The position numbers and the translations under genes are program-made. Under the pieces are notes generated by a model that did not search any database, was not told where the DNA came from, and worked only from the letters and a program-made list of their open reading frames with translations. Positions 18,833 through 28,334 of a stretch of 64,000 nt of DNA are shown here, piece after piece (the stretch's first letter is position 1; the number at the start of each line of letters is the position of its first letter). This DNA comes from Clostridia bacterium (GTDB lineage: Bacteria; Bacillota; Clostridia; Christensenellales; CAG-138): the NCBI GenBank assembly GCA_017428025.1, contig JAFRRO010000091.1, forward strand, positions 8,152 to 72,151, given 5' to 3'.

Positions 18833-19604
18833 ATTCGGTTTTGATCCAGTATCCGTTGCCGTCCGCGCCGCGCAGAAAGCGGGAGAAGCCGAAAAGCGCG
18901 CGCGGCGGACGCGGGGCGGCGTGTCCGCGGACGGCAAGGATGCGCGTACGCAGTCCGTTCGGACCGGTCCAGAACCCCTCGTAGTGCGGCAGAATGTCCG
19001 CGCCGTCGACATAGCGCCACTTCGCGCGCGGAAAGACCTGCGGAAACAGATCGATCCCGGCGCCTTCGTCCGAATCCATATCCCCTTTTTGCACCATGCT
19101 ATCCGCAGGGACAACCGGCGCGTCGCATTGCGCATAGAACGCATCGGCGCGCGTCAACAGCAGCGAGAACTGCGCGGCGCGTTCCGCACTCTCGTCCACC
19201 GTGTCGACCGGCACGGAATCTGCAGACGGTTCGGGCATTTTCGGCATCGGCTCCGGCTCGGGTTCCGGCAACGCTTCGTCCGGTTCCGGCACAGGCGCTG
19301 TGGCGGGCGGCTCGGTTGTTATGGTGCAAATTTGGGACAAGCGGGACCGGCAGCAGGCGAGCGACGGCGCGCCGGGGGCAGCGGCAAAGGCAACGGGCTG
19401 TCCTTCGCGCATGCCGAGCACGGCGAAAGCATCGGCAAGGAACGCTTCGCCGTCCGCATCAAAGGGCAGCGCGTCCGCATCGGAAAGCAGCGTCCAGTCC
19501 GCCTGCAGCGGCGCGTTCAGCTGCAGCGAAACGCGCCCGTCGTCGCATCGCGCAAGCCCGATCGGGCATTCATTCCGGTCGCGCACGATCCAGTAAGAAA
19601 GCAT
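18831..19604 (-). CDS. Hypothetical protein with a PE-rich linker
   Basis: SD GAGGTG before MLSYWIVR; C-terminal LFPQVFPRAKWRYV...GYWI domain. Confidence 0.55.
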   Translation of the reverse strand: MLSYWIVRDRNECPIGLARCDDGRVSLQLNAPLQADWTLLSDADALPFDADGEAFLADAFAVLGMREGQPVAFAAAPGAPSLACCRSRLSQICTITTEPPATAPVPEPDEALPEPEPEPMPKMPEPSADSVPVDTVDESAERAAQFSLLLTRADAFYAQCDAPVVPADSMVQKGDMDSDEGAGIDLFPQVFPRAKWRYVDGADILPHYEGFWTGPNGLRTRILAVRGHAAPRPPRALFGFSRFLRGADGNGYWIKTE

Positions 19605-19678
19605 GAAATCACCTCGGACTATTGTATTTTCGGACATTTCATAGTATGATACAATTAGAGAATTATCGGAGGTTCATC

Positions 19679-20530
19679 ATGGTATTTCTGATTGCATTGC
19701 TGTTGGGGCTCGTGCAGGGGCTCTGTGAGTTCCTGCCGGTGTCGAGCTCCGGGCATTTGTTTCTCGTTGCAAAGCTCACACAGGGCGCGGTCAATGAGGA
19801 TTATTTCGGTTCGTTCTTCACGGTCATGCTGCATGTGGCGACGCTGATCGCGGTCATTTTCGTCTATCGCGAACAGGTCCTGTCGATCCTGAGACGCCCG
19901 CTGCAGAAGCTGACGCTGCACCTGATCATTGCGACGCTGCCGACGGTCGTGTTCGCGCTGATCCTCAAAAAGTGGGATGCGCTCGACGCGTGGCTCGAAG
20001 CGGGGAATTTCCTCGGCTTCAGCTTCCTGCTGACGACCGTTTTTCTGACGGTGAGCGAGCTGCTTTCGCGCCGCCGCAAGCCGAGAAAGTCGCTCGCCAC
20101 GATGCGCTGGACCGACGCGCTGGCGATCGGCGGGATGCAGGCGATCGGCGTTCTGCCGGGCGTTTCGCGTTCCGGCTCCACGATCGCGGGCGCGCTGACC
20201 TGCGGGCTCGACCGTAAGAGCGCGGCGGACTTCTCGTTTTTGATGTCGATTCCGGCGATCCTCGGCGGACTCGTTCTGGAGGTTCTGAAGCTCGTCAAAA
20301 ACCCGCAGGCGCTCGAAAGCATCATGACGCTTCCGTACTGGGGCGCAATGCTCATCGCCATGCTGGCGGCGGCGATCTCCGGCTACTTCGCGGTGCGCTT
20401 CATGATCCGGCTCGTCACCAAGAAGGGACTTCTGGGCTTTGCGATCTACACCGGCGTGCTCGGCGTCGTCGTGATCCTGCTGCAGGTGTTCCGGCTCATG
20501 GGATTCGGCTTTACGCCGTTCGGAGGTTAA
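19679..20530 (+). CDS. uppP: Undecaprenyl-diphosphate phosphatase
   Basis: VQGLCEFLPVSSSGHL, PGVSRSGSTI, FSFLMSIPAI. Confidence 0.93.
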   Translation: MVFLIALLLGLVQGLCEFLPVSSSGHLFLVAKLTQGAVNEDYFGSFFTVMLHVATLIAVIFVYREQVLSILRRPLQKLTLHLIIATLPTVVFALILKKWDALDAWLEAGNFLGFSFLLTTVFLTVSELLSRRRKPRKSLATMRWTDALAIGGMQAIGVLPGVSRSGSTIAGALTCGLDRKSAADFSFLMSIPAILGGLVLEVLKLVKNPQALESIMTLPYWGAMLIAMLAAAISGYFAVRFMIRLVTKKGLLGFAIYTGVLGVVVILLQVFRLMGFGFTPFGG

Positions 20531-20531
20531 G

Positions 20532-20783
20532 ATGCGGCTCGATAAGTGGTTAAAGGTTTCGCGCATCATCAAGCGCCGTACCGTCGCAAACGAGGCGGCG
20601 GGCGCGGGGCGCGTCTCGATCAACGGCATGGTGGCAAAGCCCGCAAGCGAAGTCAAGCCGGGCGATACGGTCGATATCCTGCTCGGCGGCAAGCACATGC
20701 TCTGCCGCGTCGAAAAGACGCCGGAGGTCGTCCGCAAGGAGGACGCCGATTCCCTGTACACCGTTCTTTCGGGGGAAGCATGA
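20532..20783 (+). CDS. yabO: S4-domain RNA-binding protein (YabO/RqcP, Hsp15-like)
   Basis: MRLDKWLKVSRIIKRRTVANEA...AKPASEVKPGD. Confidence 0.88.
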   Translation: MRLDKWLKVSRIIKRRTVANEAAGAGRVSINGMVAKPASEVKPGDTVDILLGGKHMLCRVEKTPEVVRKEDADSLYTVLSGEA

Positions 20784-21886
20784 GCGCTGTCGGGATTCTG
20801 CTCTGCGCCGGCACGTCCGCGCGCATGGGCTTCGATAAACTGAATACGCCGCTGTACGGCAAGACCGCGATCGAGCGCTCGATGGACGCGCTCGTGGCGG
20901 GCGGCTGCGATTCGCTCGTATTCGTGGTCGGCGGCGCAAGCGAACGGACCGTTAAGAGCCTTTCCGTGCCCGTGCCGTTTTCCGTCGTACCGGGCGGCGA
21001 ACAGCGTACCGACTCGGTGCGAAACGGTCTTTCCGCCGCGTCCGGCGACGTCGCGGTCATCCACGACGCGGCGCGCTGCTTCGTCAGCCCCGCGACCGTC
21101 ATGGCAAGCATCGAATCGGCGACGGCGTTCGGCTCGGGCGTCACGGCGATCCCCGTGACCGATACGGTCATGCAGGTGAGGAACGGCACGGTCGAAACGC
21201 TCGACCGCGATACGCTTTTCCGCATGCAGACGCCGCAGTCGTTCCGTCTTACGGAGATCCGCGCGGCGTACGGGACCGGCGCATATGCCACCGACGACGC
21301 GACGCTGTACGCAAGGACGTTCGGTTCGGTGCGGTTCGTCCCCGGCAGCGAGGACAACCGCAAGCTGACCGCGGCTTCGGACTGGGCGTGGGCGCTTTCT
21401 CGGCTGTGTCCGCCGACGTACGGGATCGGATTCGACACGCACCGGCTCGTCGAAGGGCGCAAGCTCATCCTGGGCGGCGTGGAGATTCCGTTCGAAAAGG
21501 GACTTTTGGGGCACTCCGACGCCGACGTGCTGCTGCACGCGATCATGGACGCGATCCTGGGATCGCTGAAGCTCGGGGACATCGGCAAGCTTTTCCCGGA
21601 CACGGATCCGCAGTATGCCGGGATCTCAAGCCGCGTTCTGCTCCGCAAGGTCAACGAGTTGGTGCAAAAACGGGACATGGTCGTCGGACACGTCGACGCG
21701 ACGGTCATCTGCGAGCGTCCGAAACTTGCGCCGTACCGGGACGCGATCGCGCGTACAATTGCGGAGGATCTCGGCATTTCGCCGGACGCGGTCTCGGTCA
21801 AGGCAACGACGACGGAAGGAATGAACGACGAGGGGAAGGGCCTGTGCATCTCGGCGCAGGCGATCGTCTCGGTCTGTCGCAGATAA
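20780..21886 (+). CDS. ispDF: Bifunctional IspD/IspF
   Basis: IspD motifs [24 protein letters not shown] and QTPQSF fused to IspF motifs [29 protein letters not shown] and KATTTE. Confidence 0.9.
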   Translation: MSAVGILLCAGTSARMGFDKLNTPLYGKTAIERSMDALVAGGCDSLVFVVGGASERTVKSLSVPVPFSVVPGGEQRTDSVRNGLSAASGDVAVIHDAARCFVSPATVMASIESATAFGSGVTAIPVTDTVMQVRNGTVETLDRDTLFRMQTPQSFRLTEIRAAYGTGAYATDDATLYARTFGSVRFVPGSEDNRKLTAASDWAWALSRLCPPTYGIGFDTHRLVEGRKLILGGVEIPFEKGLLGHSDADVLLHAIMDAILGSLKLGDIGKLFPDTDPQYAGISSRVLLRKVNELVQKRDMVVGHVDATVICERPKLAPYRDAIARTIAEDLGISPDAVSVKATTTEGMNDEGKGLCISAQAIVSVCRR

Positions 21887-21887
21887 T

Positions 21888-24722
21888 ATGGAACGAAAAG
21901 ATCAGGACCTTTGCATCTACGGCGCAAGGGAACACAACCTCAAAAACATCGATCTCGTGATCCCGCGCAACAAGCTCGTGGTGATGACGGGCGTTTCCGG
22001 TTCCGGCAAGTCGAGCCTCGCGTTTGACACGATCTACGCGGAGGGACAGCGGCGCTATGTCGAGAGCCTTTCTTCGTATGCGCGCATGTTCATCGGACAG
22101 ATGGACAAGCCGGACGTGGATCGCATCGACGGACTTTCGCCCGCAATCTCGATCGACCAAAAGAGCACGGGGCACAACCCGCGTTCGACGGTCGGCACGG
22201 TCACGGAGATCTACGACTATCTGCGCCTTCTGTACGCGCGCTGCGGCATTCCGCACTGTCCGAACTGCGGCCGCGTGATCGAACGCCAGTCGATCGACAC
22301 GATCGTGGATCAGATCACGGCGCTGCCGAAGGGAACGCGGATGCAGATCATCGCGCCGTGCGTGCGCGGCAGAAAGGGCGAGCATCAGAAGGTCCTCGAA
22401 CGCCTGCAGCGCGAGGGCTATGTGCGCGTGCGCATCGACGGCGAGGTGTATCCGATCGAGGAAGCGCCCGCTCTGGACAAGCAGAAAAAGCATACGATCG
22501 AGGCGGTCATCGATCGCATCGTTTTGAAGGATGGCGTCGAAAGCCGTCTCACCGAATCGCTGGAACACGCGTTCAAGCTCGGACAGAACCTTGCGATCGT
22601 CGCGGTGCAGGACGGCGAGGAGATGCTCTTCTCGCAGAACTACGCCTGTCCGGACTGCGGCATCGCGCTGGAGGAGCTTGCGCCGCGCGCGTTCTCGTTC
22701 AACAATCCGTTCGGCGCCTGCCCGACGTGTCTGGGCCTCGGCGAACAGCTGAAGATCGATCCGACGCTCGTGGTGCCGGACGAAACGCTGTCGCTCAACG
22801 ACGGCGCGATCAAGGCGCCCGGCTGGAAAAGCGGCAACAACAACGTTTTCTCCGACATGTATTACGAAGCGATCGCGCGGCACTTCGGCTTTACGATGGA
22901 TACGCCGTTCTGCGACATGCCGAAGGCGGGACGCGACGCGCTTCTGTACGGCACGAAGGAAAAGATGGAGGTGCAGTACGAGCGCAGCTACGGCGGCGGA
23001 CACTTCCTGTCGACGTTCGAGGGCATCGTGCCGAACATGGAACGGCGCTACCGCGAATCGCAGAGCGACTGGGCGAAGGCGGACATCGAAAGCTATATGG
23101 CGCACATCCCGTGCCCCGACTGCAAGGGCAAGCGCTTAAAGCCCACGTCGCTGGCGGTCACCGTCGGCGGGAAGAACATCTCCGAGCTTTGCGAAATGAA
23201 CGTGAAGCAGTCGCGGGAATTTTTGCGCAGCCTCGTTCTGACGCCGATGCAGCGGACGATCGCCGCGGCGATCCTCAAGGAGCTTGACGCGCGGCTCGGC
23301 TTTCTCGTCAACGTCGGTCTCAACTACCTGACGCTCTCCCGCGCGGCGGCGACGCTGTCCGGCGGCGAGAGCCAGCGCATCCGGCTTGCAACGCAGATCG
23401 GCAGCGGGCTCGTCGGCGTGCTCTATATCCTGGATGAACCGTCGATCGGTCTGCATCAGCGCGACAACGCAAAGCTGCTCGAAACGCTCAAGGGGCTGCG
23501 CGATCTCGGCAACACGCTGATCGTCGTCGAGCACGACGAGGAGACGATGCGCAACGCCGATTTCATCGTGGACATCGGTCCCAGAGCCGGTGTGCACGGC
23601 GGCGAAGTCATCGTCGCGGGAACGCCGGATGAGGTCATGGCGTGCGAAACCTCCCTGACCGGTCAGTACCTGAGTCAAAAACGCACCATCCCCGTCCCCG
23701 AACGGCGGCGGGCGGGCAGCGGACAGAAGCTTGTCGTGCGCGGCGCGCGGGCGAACAACCTCAAGAATATCACGGTCGAGTTTCCGCTCGGCAAGTTCAT
23801 CTGCGTAACCGGCGTGTCCGGCTCGGGCAAATCGTCGCTTGTCAACGAGATCCTGAAAAAGCGCCTGCTGCACGATCTGAACCGCGCGAAGGTCCGTCCG
23901 AAGGACCATGACGGCATCGACGGCATCGAATATCTCAACAAGATCATCGACATCGACCAAAGCCCGATCGGACGCACACCGCGCTCGAATCCCGCAACCT
24001 ACACGGGGCTCTTCGATCTCATCCGCGCGCTGTACGCGACCACGCCGGACGCGAAGCTTCGCGGCTATACAAGCGGGCGGTTCAGCTTCAACGTCAAGGG
24101 CGGACGGTGCGAGGCGTGCAAGGGCGACGGCATCGTCAAGATCGAAATGCACTTTCTGCCGGACGTCTACGTGCCGTGCGAGGTCTGCCACGGACGGCGC
24201 TACAACCGCGAGACCTTGGAGGTGCGCTACAAGGGCAAGAACATCTACGACGTGCTCGAAATGACGGTCGAGGAGGCGCTGCCGTTCTTCGCGCAGCACA
24301 GCAAGATCAAAAACATCCTGCAAACGCTCGACGACGTGGGCCTCGGCTACATCAAGCTCGGACAGCCTTCCACCACGCTCTCCGGCGGCGAAGCGCAGCG
24401 CATCAAGCTCGCGACGGAGCTTTCGAGACGCGACACCGGCCGCACGCTCTACGTGCTCGACGAGCCGACGACGGGGCTGCACACGCACGACGTGAAGCGG
24501 CTTCTGGAGATTCTGAACCGCCTCGCCGACTCCGGCAGCACGGTCATCGTGATCGAACATAACCTCGACGTCATCAAGACCGCGGATTGGATCATCGACC
24601 TCGGTCCCGAGGGCGGCGACGAGGGCGGCACCGTACTCGCGACCGGCACGCCGGAAGAGATCGCCGCGTGCGAGCAGAGCTACACCGGACAGTTCCTAAA
24701 GCGCGAACTCGGATTGAAATAA
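21888..24722 (+). CDS. uvrA: Excinuclease ABC subunit A
   Basis: Two [10 protein letters not shown] Walker A motifs, LSGGE signatures and zinc fingers. Confidence 0.97.
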   Translation: MERKDQDLCIYGAREHNLKNIDLVIPRNKLVVMTGVSGSGKSSLAFDTIYAEGQRRYVESLSSYARMFIGQMDKPDVDRIDGLSPAISIDQKSTGHNPRSTVGTVTEIYDYLRLLYARCGIPHCPNCGRVIERQSIDTIVDQITALPKGTRMQIIAPCVRGRKGEHQKVLERLQREGYVRVRIDGEVYPIEEAPALDKQKKHTIEAVIDRIVLKDGVESRLTESLEHAFKLGQNLAIVAVQDGEEMLFSQNYACPDCGIALEELAPRAFSFNNPFGACPTCLGLGEQLKIDPTLVVPDETLSLNDGAIKAPGWKSGNNNVFSDMYYEAIARHFGFTMDTPFCDMPKAGRDALLYGTKEKMEVQYERSYGGGHFLSTFEGIVPNMERRYRESQSDWAKADIESYMAHIPCPDCKGKRLKPTSLAVTVGGKNISELCEMNVKQSREFLRSLVLTPMQRTIAAAILKELDARLGFLVNVGLNYLTLSRAAATLSGGESQRIRLATQIGSGLVGVLYILDEPSIGLHQRDNAKLLETLKGLRDLGNTLIVVEHDEETMRNADFIVDIGPRAGVHGGEVIVAGTPDEVMACETSLTGQYLSQKRTIPVPERRRAGSGQKLVVRGARANNLKNITVEFPLGKFICVTGVSGSGKSSLVNEILKKRLLHDLNRAKVRPKDHDGIDGIEYLNKIIDIDQSPIGRTPRSNPATYTGLFDLIRALYATTPDAKLRGYTSGRFSFNVKGGRCEACKGDGIVKIEMHFLPDVYVPCEVCHGRRYNRETLEVRYKGKNIYDVLEMTVEEALPFFAQHSKIKNILQTLDDVGLGYIKLGQPSTTLSGGEAQRIKLATELSRRDTGRTLYVLDEPTTGLHTHDVKRLLEILNRLADSGSTVIVIEHNLDVIKTADWIIDLGPEGGDEGGTVLATGTPEEIAACEQSYTGQFLKRELGLK

Positions 24723-25066
24723 TGGACAGGTTAACCGGTGTTTCAAAGATTCTGCGAAAGAACATGACCAGAGAGGAACGGCATCTTTGGTATGATTTTC
24801 TGAAGGATCTTCCGCTGACGGTCAACCGGTAAAAAGTGCTTGGCAGGTATATCGTCGATTTCTTTATCGCGTCGAAAAAGACGGTGATTGAGCTGGACGG
24901 TACGCAGCATTTTCAGGGCGAAGGACCCGAGCGCGACCGGGTGCGTGATCAATGGTTTCAAGCGAACGGGATTACCGTTCTGCGGTACACCAATCTGCAG
25001 ATCAACAGGGAATTTGACGCTGTTTGTCTGGATATTCTGAGACATCTCGGATTGTCGCAGCCGTGA
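24722..25066 (+). pseudogene. DUF559 (Vsr-like) endonuclease with an in-frame TAA
   Basis: LRKNMTREERHLWYDFL...VNR*(TAA 24830-24832)KVLGRYIVDFFIASKKTVIELDGTQH..DRVRDQWF..GITVLRYTN. Confidence 0.85.
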
Positions 25067-25069
25067 CCT

Positions 25070-25193
25070 CCTCATCAGTCACCTGACGGTGACAGCTTCT
25101 CCACCCTCTTCGAGGGGGCGAAGCCTCCGGATAAGCGAACCCAAAAGCCTTCCCCTTGATGGGGAAGGGGGACCGCTTGCGGTGGATGAGGTG
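25070..25193. repeat. REPIN-like inverted dimer directly after the DUF559 gene
   Basis: CCTCATCAGTCACC-TGAC-GGTGACAGCTTC... and AAGCCTTCCCC-TTGAT-GGGGAAGGGGGACCGC-TT-GCGGTGGATGAGGTG. Confidence 0.8.
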
Positions 25194-25296
25194 TGAACAT
25201 CCGTTACGCATGTAAACATGCAGGGAAAGTTTACCGTTCTGACGCATTCCGGTCACAACCGCATGATATGCTGACCTTGTCCGAAAGGAGGAGAAC

Positions 25297-26049
25297 ATGA
25301 AAGTGATCCGCATCATCTGTATCCTGCTTGGTGCGTTTTTGGTACTGGATACGATTCTCGTATCGTTTTTGTCGAATTATAACCTCGGTGTGATCCTTCC
25401 GGCAATCATCGGCTTGCCGCTTCTGCTGCTTGGTGCGTTTATGCACCATATGGACGCCGGTTTTGGGGCGTTTCTCAAATGGTTTCTGCTCTGCTGCTAC
25501 GCGCTCGGCGCGGTGTTCCTGCTCGTCATGGGCATCCTGATGGGCACGGCGAGCAAGCGCGCGGACAAGGTGGACGCGGACGCGCTGATCGTACTCGGCG
25601 CCGCGGTGCACGGCGACCGCGTGACGTGGGTTCTTTCGAACCGTCTCGACACCGCCGCGGACTGGCTCGAATCGCATCCCGACGCGCTCTGCGTCGTTTC
25701 CGGCGGGCAGGGCAGCGGCGAGACCGTCTCCGAGGCGTCGGCGATGCAAAAATATCTTGTCGGGCAGAAGGGCGTCGAACCCTCGCGCATCCTCGTCGAG
25801 GACAAAGCCGAAAGCACCAAGGAGAATTTCGAATTCAGCAAGGCCCTGATCGAACAGACGCTCGGCAAAGACGCGAAGATCGCCTTTGTCACCACGGATT
25901 TCCACGTCTTCCGCGCGCGCCGCGTGGCGCTCAAAACCGGCATCGACGCCGAGGGCATCGCCGCGCCGGACGTCTGGTACATCCGCATCAACAACTTTTT
26001 GCGCGAGTGCGTCGGCATCACGGTCTACGCGCTCCGGGGAAATATCTGA
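25297..26049 (+). CDS. YdcF/DUF218 (ElyC/SanA-like) membrane protein
   Basis: LIVLGAAV, RLDTA, VSGGQG, SEASAM, EDKAESTKEN, VTTDFHVFRA, LRE. Confidence 0.88.
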   Translation: MKVIRIICILLGAFLVLDTILVSFLSNYNLGVILPAIIGLPLLLLGAFMHHMDAGFGAFLKWFLLCCYALGAVFLLVMGILMGTASKRADKVDADALIVLGAAVHGDRVTWVLSNRLDTAADWLESHPDALCVVSGGQGSGETVSEASAMQKYLVGQKGVEPSRILVEDKAESTKENFEFSKALIEQTLGKDAKIAFVTTDFHVFRARRVALKTGIDAEGIAAPDVWYIRINNFLRECVGITVYALRGNI

Positions 26050-26063
26050 AAAGGAGAACGAAC

Positions 26064-26315
26064 ATGTTGGAATTCAAGTATGACACACAGCTTCTGATCG
26101 ACGGACACGACCTCGACGAGGACGCGATCCGCGCGTATTTTCTGAACAACTTCGAGGGCGACTGCCTGCTGGCGGTCGGCACCGAGGAGACGATCAAGAT
26201 TCACTTCCACACCAACGAGCCGTGGAAGGTGCTCGCATACTGCTCCACGCTCGGCGAGATCTACGACATCGTCGTGGAGGATATGGATCGCCAGTCCCGC
26301 GGGCTGAAAGGCTGA
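26064..26315 (+). CDS. Small protein resembling the middle domain of FakA/DAK2 fatty-acid kinase
   Basis: SD AAGGAG; KYDTQLLI...GDCLLAVGTEETIKIHFHTNEPWKVL...GEIYDIVVEDM. Confidence 0.75.
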   Translation: MLEFKYDTQLLIDGHDLDEDAIRAYFLNNFEGDCLLAVGTEETIKIHFHTNEPWKVLAYCSTLGEIYDIVVEDMDRQSRGLKG

Positions 26316-26334
26316 TTGACGCCGGTTCACAAAA

Positions 26335-26367
26335 AGAGCCTTGTCCCGAAAACAGGACAAGGCTTTT
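26335..26367. terminator. Bidirectional terminator that contains one 20-bp motif copy
   Basis: AGCCTTGTCC...GGACAAGGCT stem flanked by A and T runs. Confidence 0.6.
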
Positions 26368-26405
26368 GTTTTGCACGCATATGTCCCGAAAATGGGACAG
26401 GGCTG

Positions 26406-27197
26406 TTATACAAAGTCAAATCCGATCAAGCGCCCCGCTTCGGCAAAGCCGACGGCGCGGTACAGCGCGTTCGAGGCGGGATAGCTTGTGTCGGCATAGA
26501 GCATGGTGCGTTTGCCGCGTTCGTATACGTCTTGAACGACCGAACCGACCAGCGCTTTTCCGTAGCCGTGCCCGCGGTGCTTCGCGTCCGTCACCACGTT
26601 GTTGATGTAGGCAAGGCCGTCCTCCTGCTCGGTCATCCGCAGCAGCGCAACAGTTGTCCCGTTTATGCACCAACCGTACGCAAGCGGGCTTTCGCAGAAC
26701 CGTTGACCGGCGGCAAGGCGCTCGCTTTCGGGGATCGGTTCGCGCGCCTGTTCGCCGAGCTCGGCAAGGAGCTCGCCGCAGACGGCGGGATTGAGCTGCG
26801 ACGCATGCACGCGTTCGCCCTCGGCGGCAAAAACGTTCGGCTTTTCGCACAGATACGCGGTCAGCGGCAGGCGGCGCTGCGTCGGAAACGGCAGCGCAAG
26901 CTCCAGATACCGGACAAGGCTTGCCCTTCCGATCACACCCGCAAGGTTCCTGGCTTCCCTGAGCACGCAAAGCGAGACGGCAAGCTCACAGAGCGTCTCG
27001 TCCGAAATGCCTTTTCGCGTATAGATCCACGCGGGCCGGTCCGGTCCGGTGCGCGCAAACAGCAGGTCCTTCCCGTCGGACAGGCACAGAACCTCCGGCG
27101 CGTCAAGGAGCTGCCGCAGCTTTTTGAAGGTGATCTCCTCGGCGTCGTTCGAAAACGGAAACGCCTTGGCTTCCTCCGCCGAAATGCACCGGATCAT
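26406..27197 (-). CDS. GNAT family N-acetyltransferase
   Basis: INNVVTDAKHRGHGYGKALV, MLYADTSYPASNALYRAVGF. Confidence 0.85.
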   Translation of the reverse strand: MIRCISAEEAKAFPFSNDAEEITFKKLRQLLDAPEVLCLSDGKDLLFARTGPDRPAWIYTRKGISDETLCELAVSLCVLREARNLAGVIGRASLVRYLELALPFPTQRRLPLTAYLCEKPNVFAAEGERVHASQLNPAVCGELLAELGEQAREPIPESERLAAGQRFCESPLAYGWCINGTTVALLRMTEQEDGLAYINNVVTDAKHRGHGYGKALVGSVVQDVYERGKRTMLYADTSYPASNALYRAVGFAEAGRLIGFDFV

Positions 27198-27244
27198 CCG
27201 TCCGCCTCCCTTCTCCGCATCGGGACAATCGTGATTTGCACGGC

Positions 27245-27739
27245 TTATTCCTTCTTCGCGATCGAAAAATACCGCGTCGGGATGTGGCAGTAGCCGCCCG
27301 GGTTCTTGTCGAGATACTTCTGGTGATACTCCTCCGCGGAGAAGAAGTTTTGAATCGGCAGCTTTTCCACCGCAAGCGGCGCGCCGACCTTTTCGGAAAC
27401 CTCCCTAAAGATTGCGTCGATCACCGGAAGCTGCGTTTCGTCCGTATAATAGACGCCGGTGCGGTACTGCACGCCCGCGTCCATGCCCTGCCGGTTGACC
27501 GAAAGCGGATCGATCACCATGAAATAGTACTGCAGCAGCTCCGAAAGCGGCAGCTCGTTTTCGTCGTAGTCGATGCGCACCGTCTCCGCATGACCGGAAT
27601 TGCCGCACACGTCGCGATAGCTCGGCGCCTTGTCCGGACCGTTTGCGTAGCCGACTTCGGTTTTCAGAACGCCGGGGAACTGGTCCAGAAACTTCTGCAT
27701 TCCCCAGAAGCATCCGCCGGCAAGATAGATCGTTTTCAT
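27245..27739 (-). CDS. msrA: Peptide-methionine (S)-S-oxide reductase
   Basis: AGGCFWG, GHAETV, QYRTGVY, AEEYHQKYL. Confidence 0.95.
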   Translation of the reverse strand: MKTIYLAGGCFWGMQKFLDQFPGVLKTEVGYANGPDKAPSYRDVCGNSGHAETVRIDYDENELPLSELLQYYFMVIDPLSVNRQGMDAGVQYRTGVYYTDETQLPVIDAIFREVSEKVGAPLAVEKLPIQNFFSAEEYHQKYLDKNPGGYCHIPTRYFSIAKKE

Positions 27740-28323
27740 GCTTCATTCCTCCATCTGCAGGTTGCTTTCGGGCATTTCTCCCGCATCAGCGCGCGAAAGC
27801 CCGCAGGATCGACGACCGACAGCCCCTGCTTTGCGACCGCAAACACCTGCTTTTCCTTCGTCCACAAAAGAAAGAGACCGTCCGTTTCCGCAATCCGTCT
27901 GAACACGGAATAGCGGAGATGCAGTCCGTTCCGCTCGCCCTCGCTGCGGATCACGACCTCGTCCTCATAAAACGTCGTCACGACCGAAGGGACCGTCGGA
28001 TGCGTCTCCAGAAGCTGCCGGATTCTGCGCTTCGCGTTGCGTCGCGGCGCGGTCAGCACCGTGACAAAGAGATACACGAACAGGATCAGCAGCACCGCCG
28101 ACACCCACATCGAGATTGCGGCGTAGACCGGCACATGAAAGGCGAAGATCTTCACCAGCTGGATCCCGATCCGGACCAGCAGATAGGTGAACAGCGCGCC
28201 GTACAGAATGCACAGCAGAACGATCCGCCGGTAGGACCGCATGGCGCGGAACCGCTGCCGCTCCGTCTCAAAGGTCGGGGTATAGGTGCTTTGCGCAAGC
28301 ACGGTGCGTTCTTCGGTCTCCAT
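27736..28323 (-). CDS. YcxB family membrane protein
   Basis: Two TM helices, then FYEDEV..YSVFRRIAETDGLFLL. Confidence 0.65.
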   Translation of the reverse strand: METEERTVLAQSTYTPTFETERQRFRAMRSYRRIVLLCILYGALFTYLLVRIGIQLVKIFAFHVPVYAAISMWVSAVLLILFVYLFVTVLTAPRRNAKRRIRQLLETHPTVPSVVTTFYEDEVVIRSEGERNGLHLRYSVFRRIAETDGLFLLWTKEKQVFAVAKQGLSVVDPAGFRALMREKCPKATCRWRNEA

Positions 28324-28334
28324 TTCGGCTCCTT

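Noticed and set aside
20780-21886. IspD-IspF fusion (and CitX-CitG fusion) as novelty
   Set aside because: Both fusions are already documented in other bacteria.
938-24832. Stop-codon reassignment suggested by two in-frame TAA codons (938 and 24830)
   Set aside because: TAA ends many intact genes here (tldD, uvrA, argS, serS), and the two sites appear to correspond to different residues (Tyr and Gln). Point mutations or errors explain them.
26341-26400. Mini CRISPR array from two 20-bp repeats 40 bp apart
   Set aside because: Only two imperfect copies, one inside a terminator stem. They belong to the dispersed 20-bp motif family.
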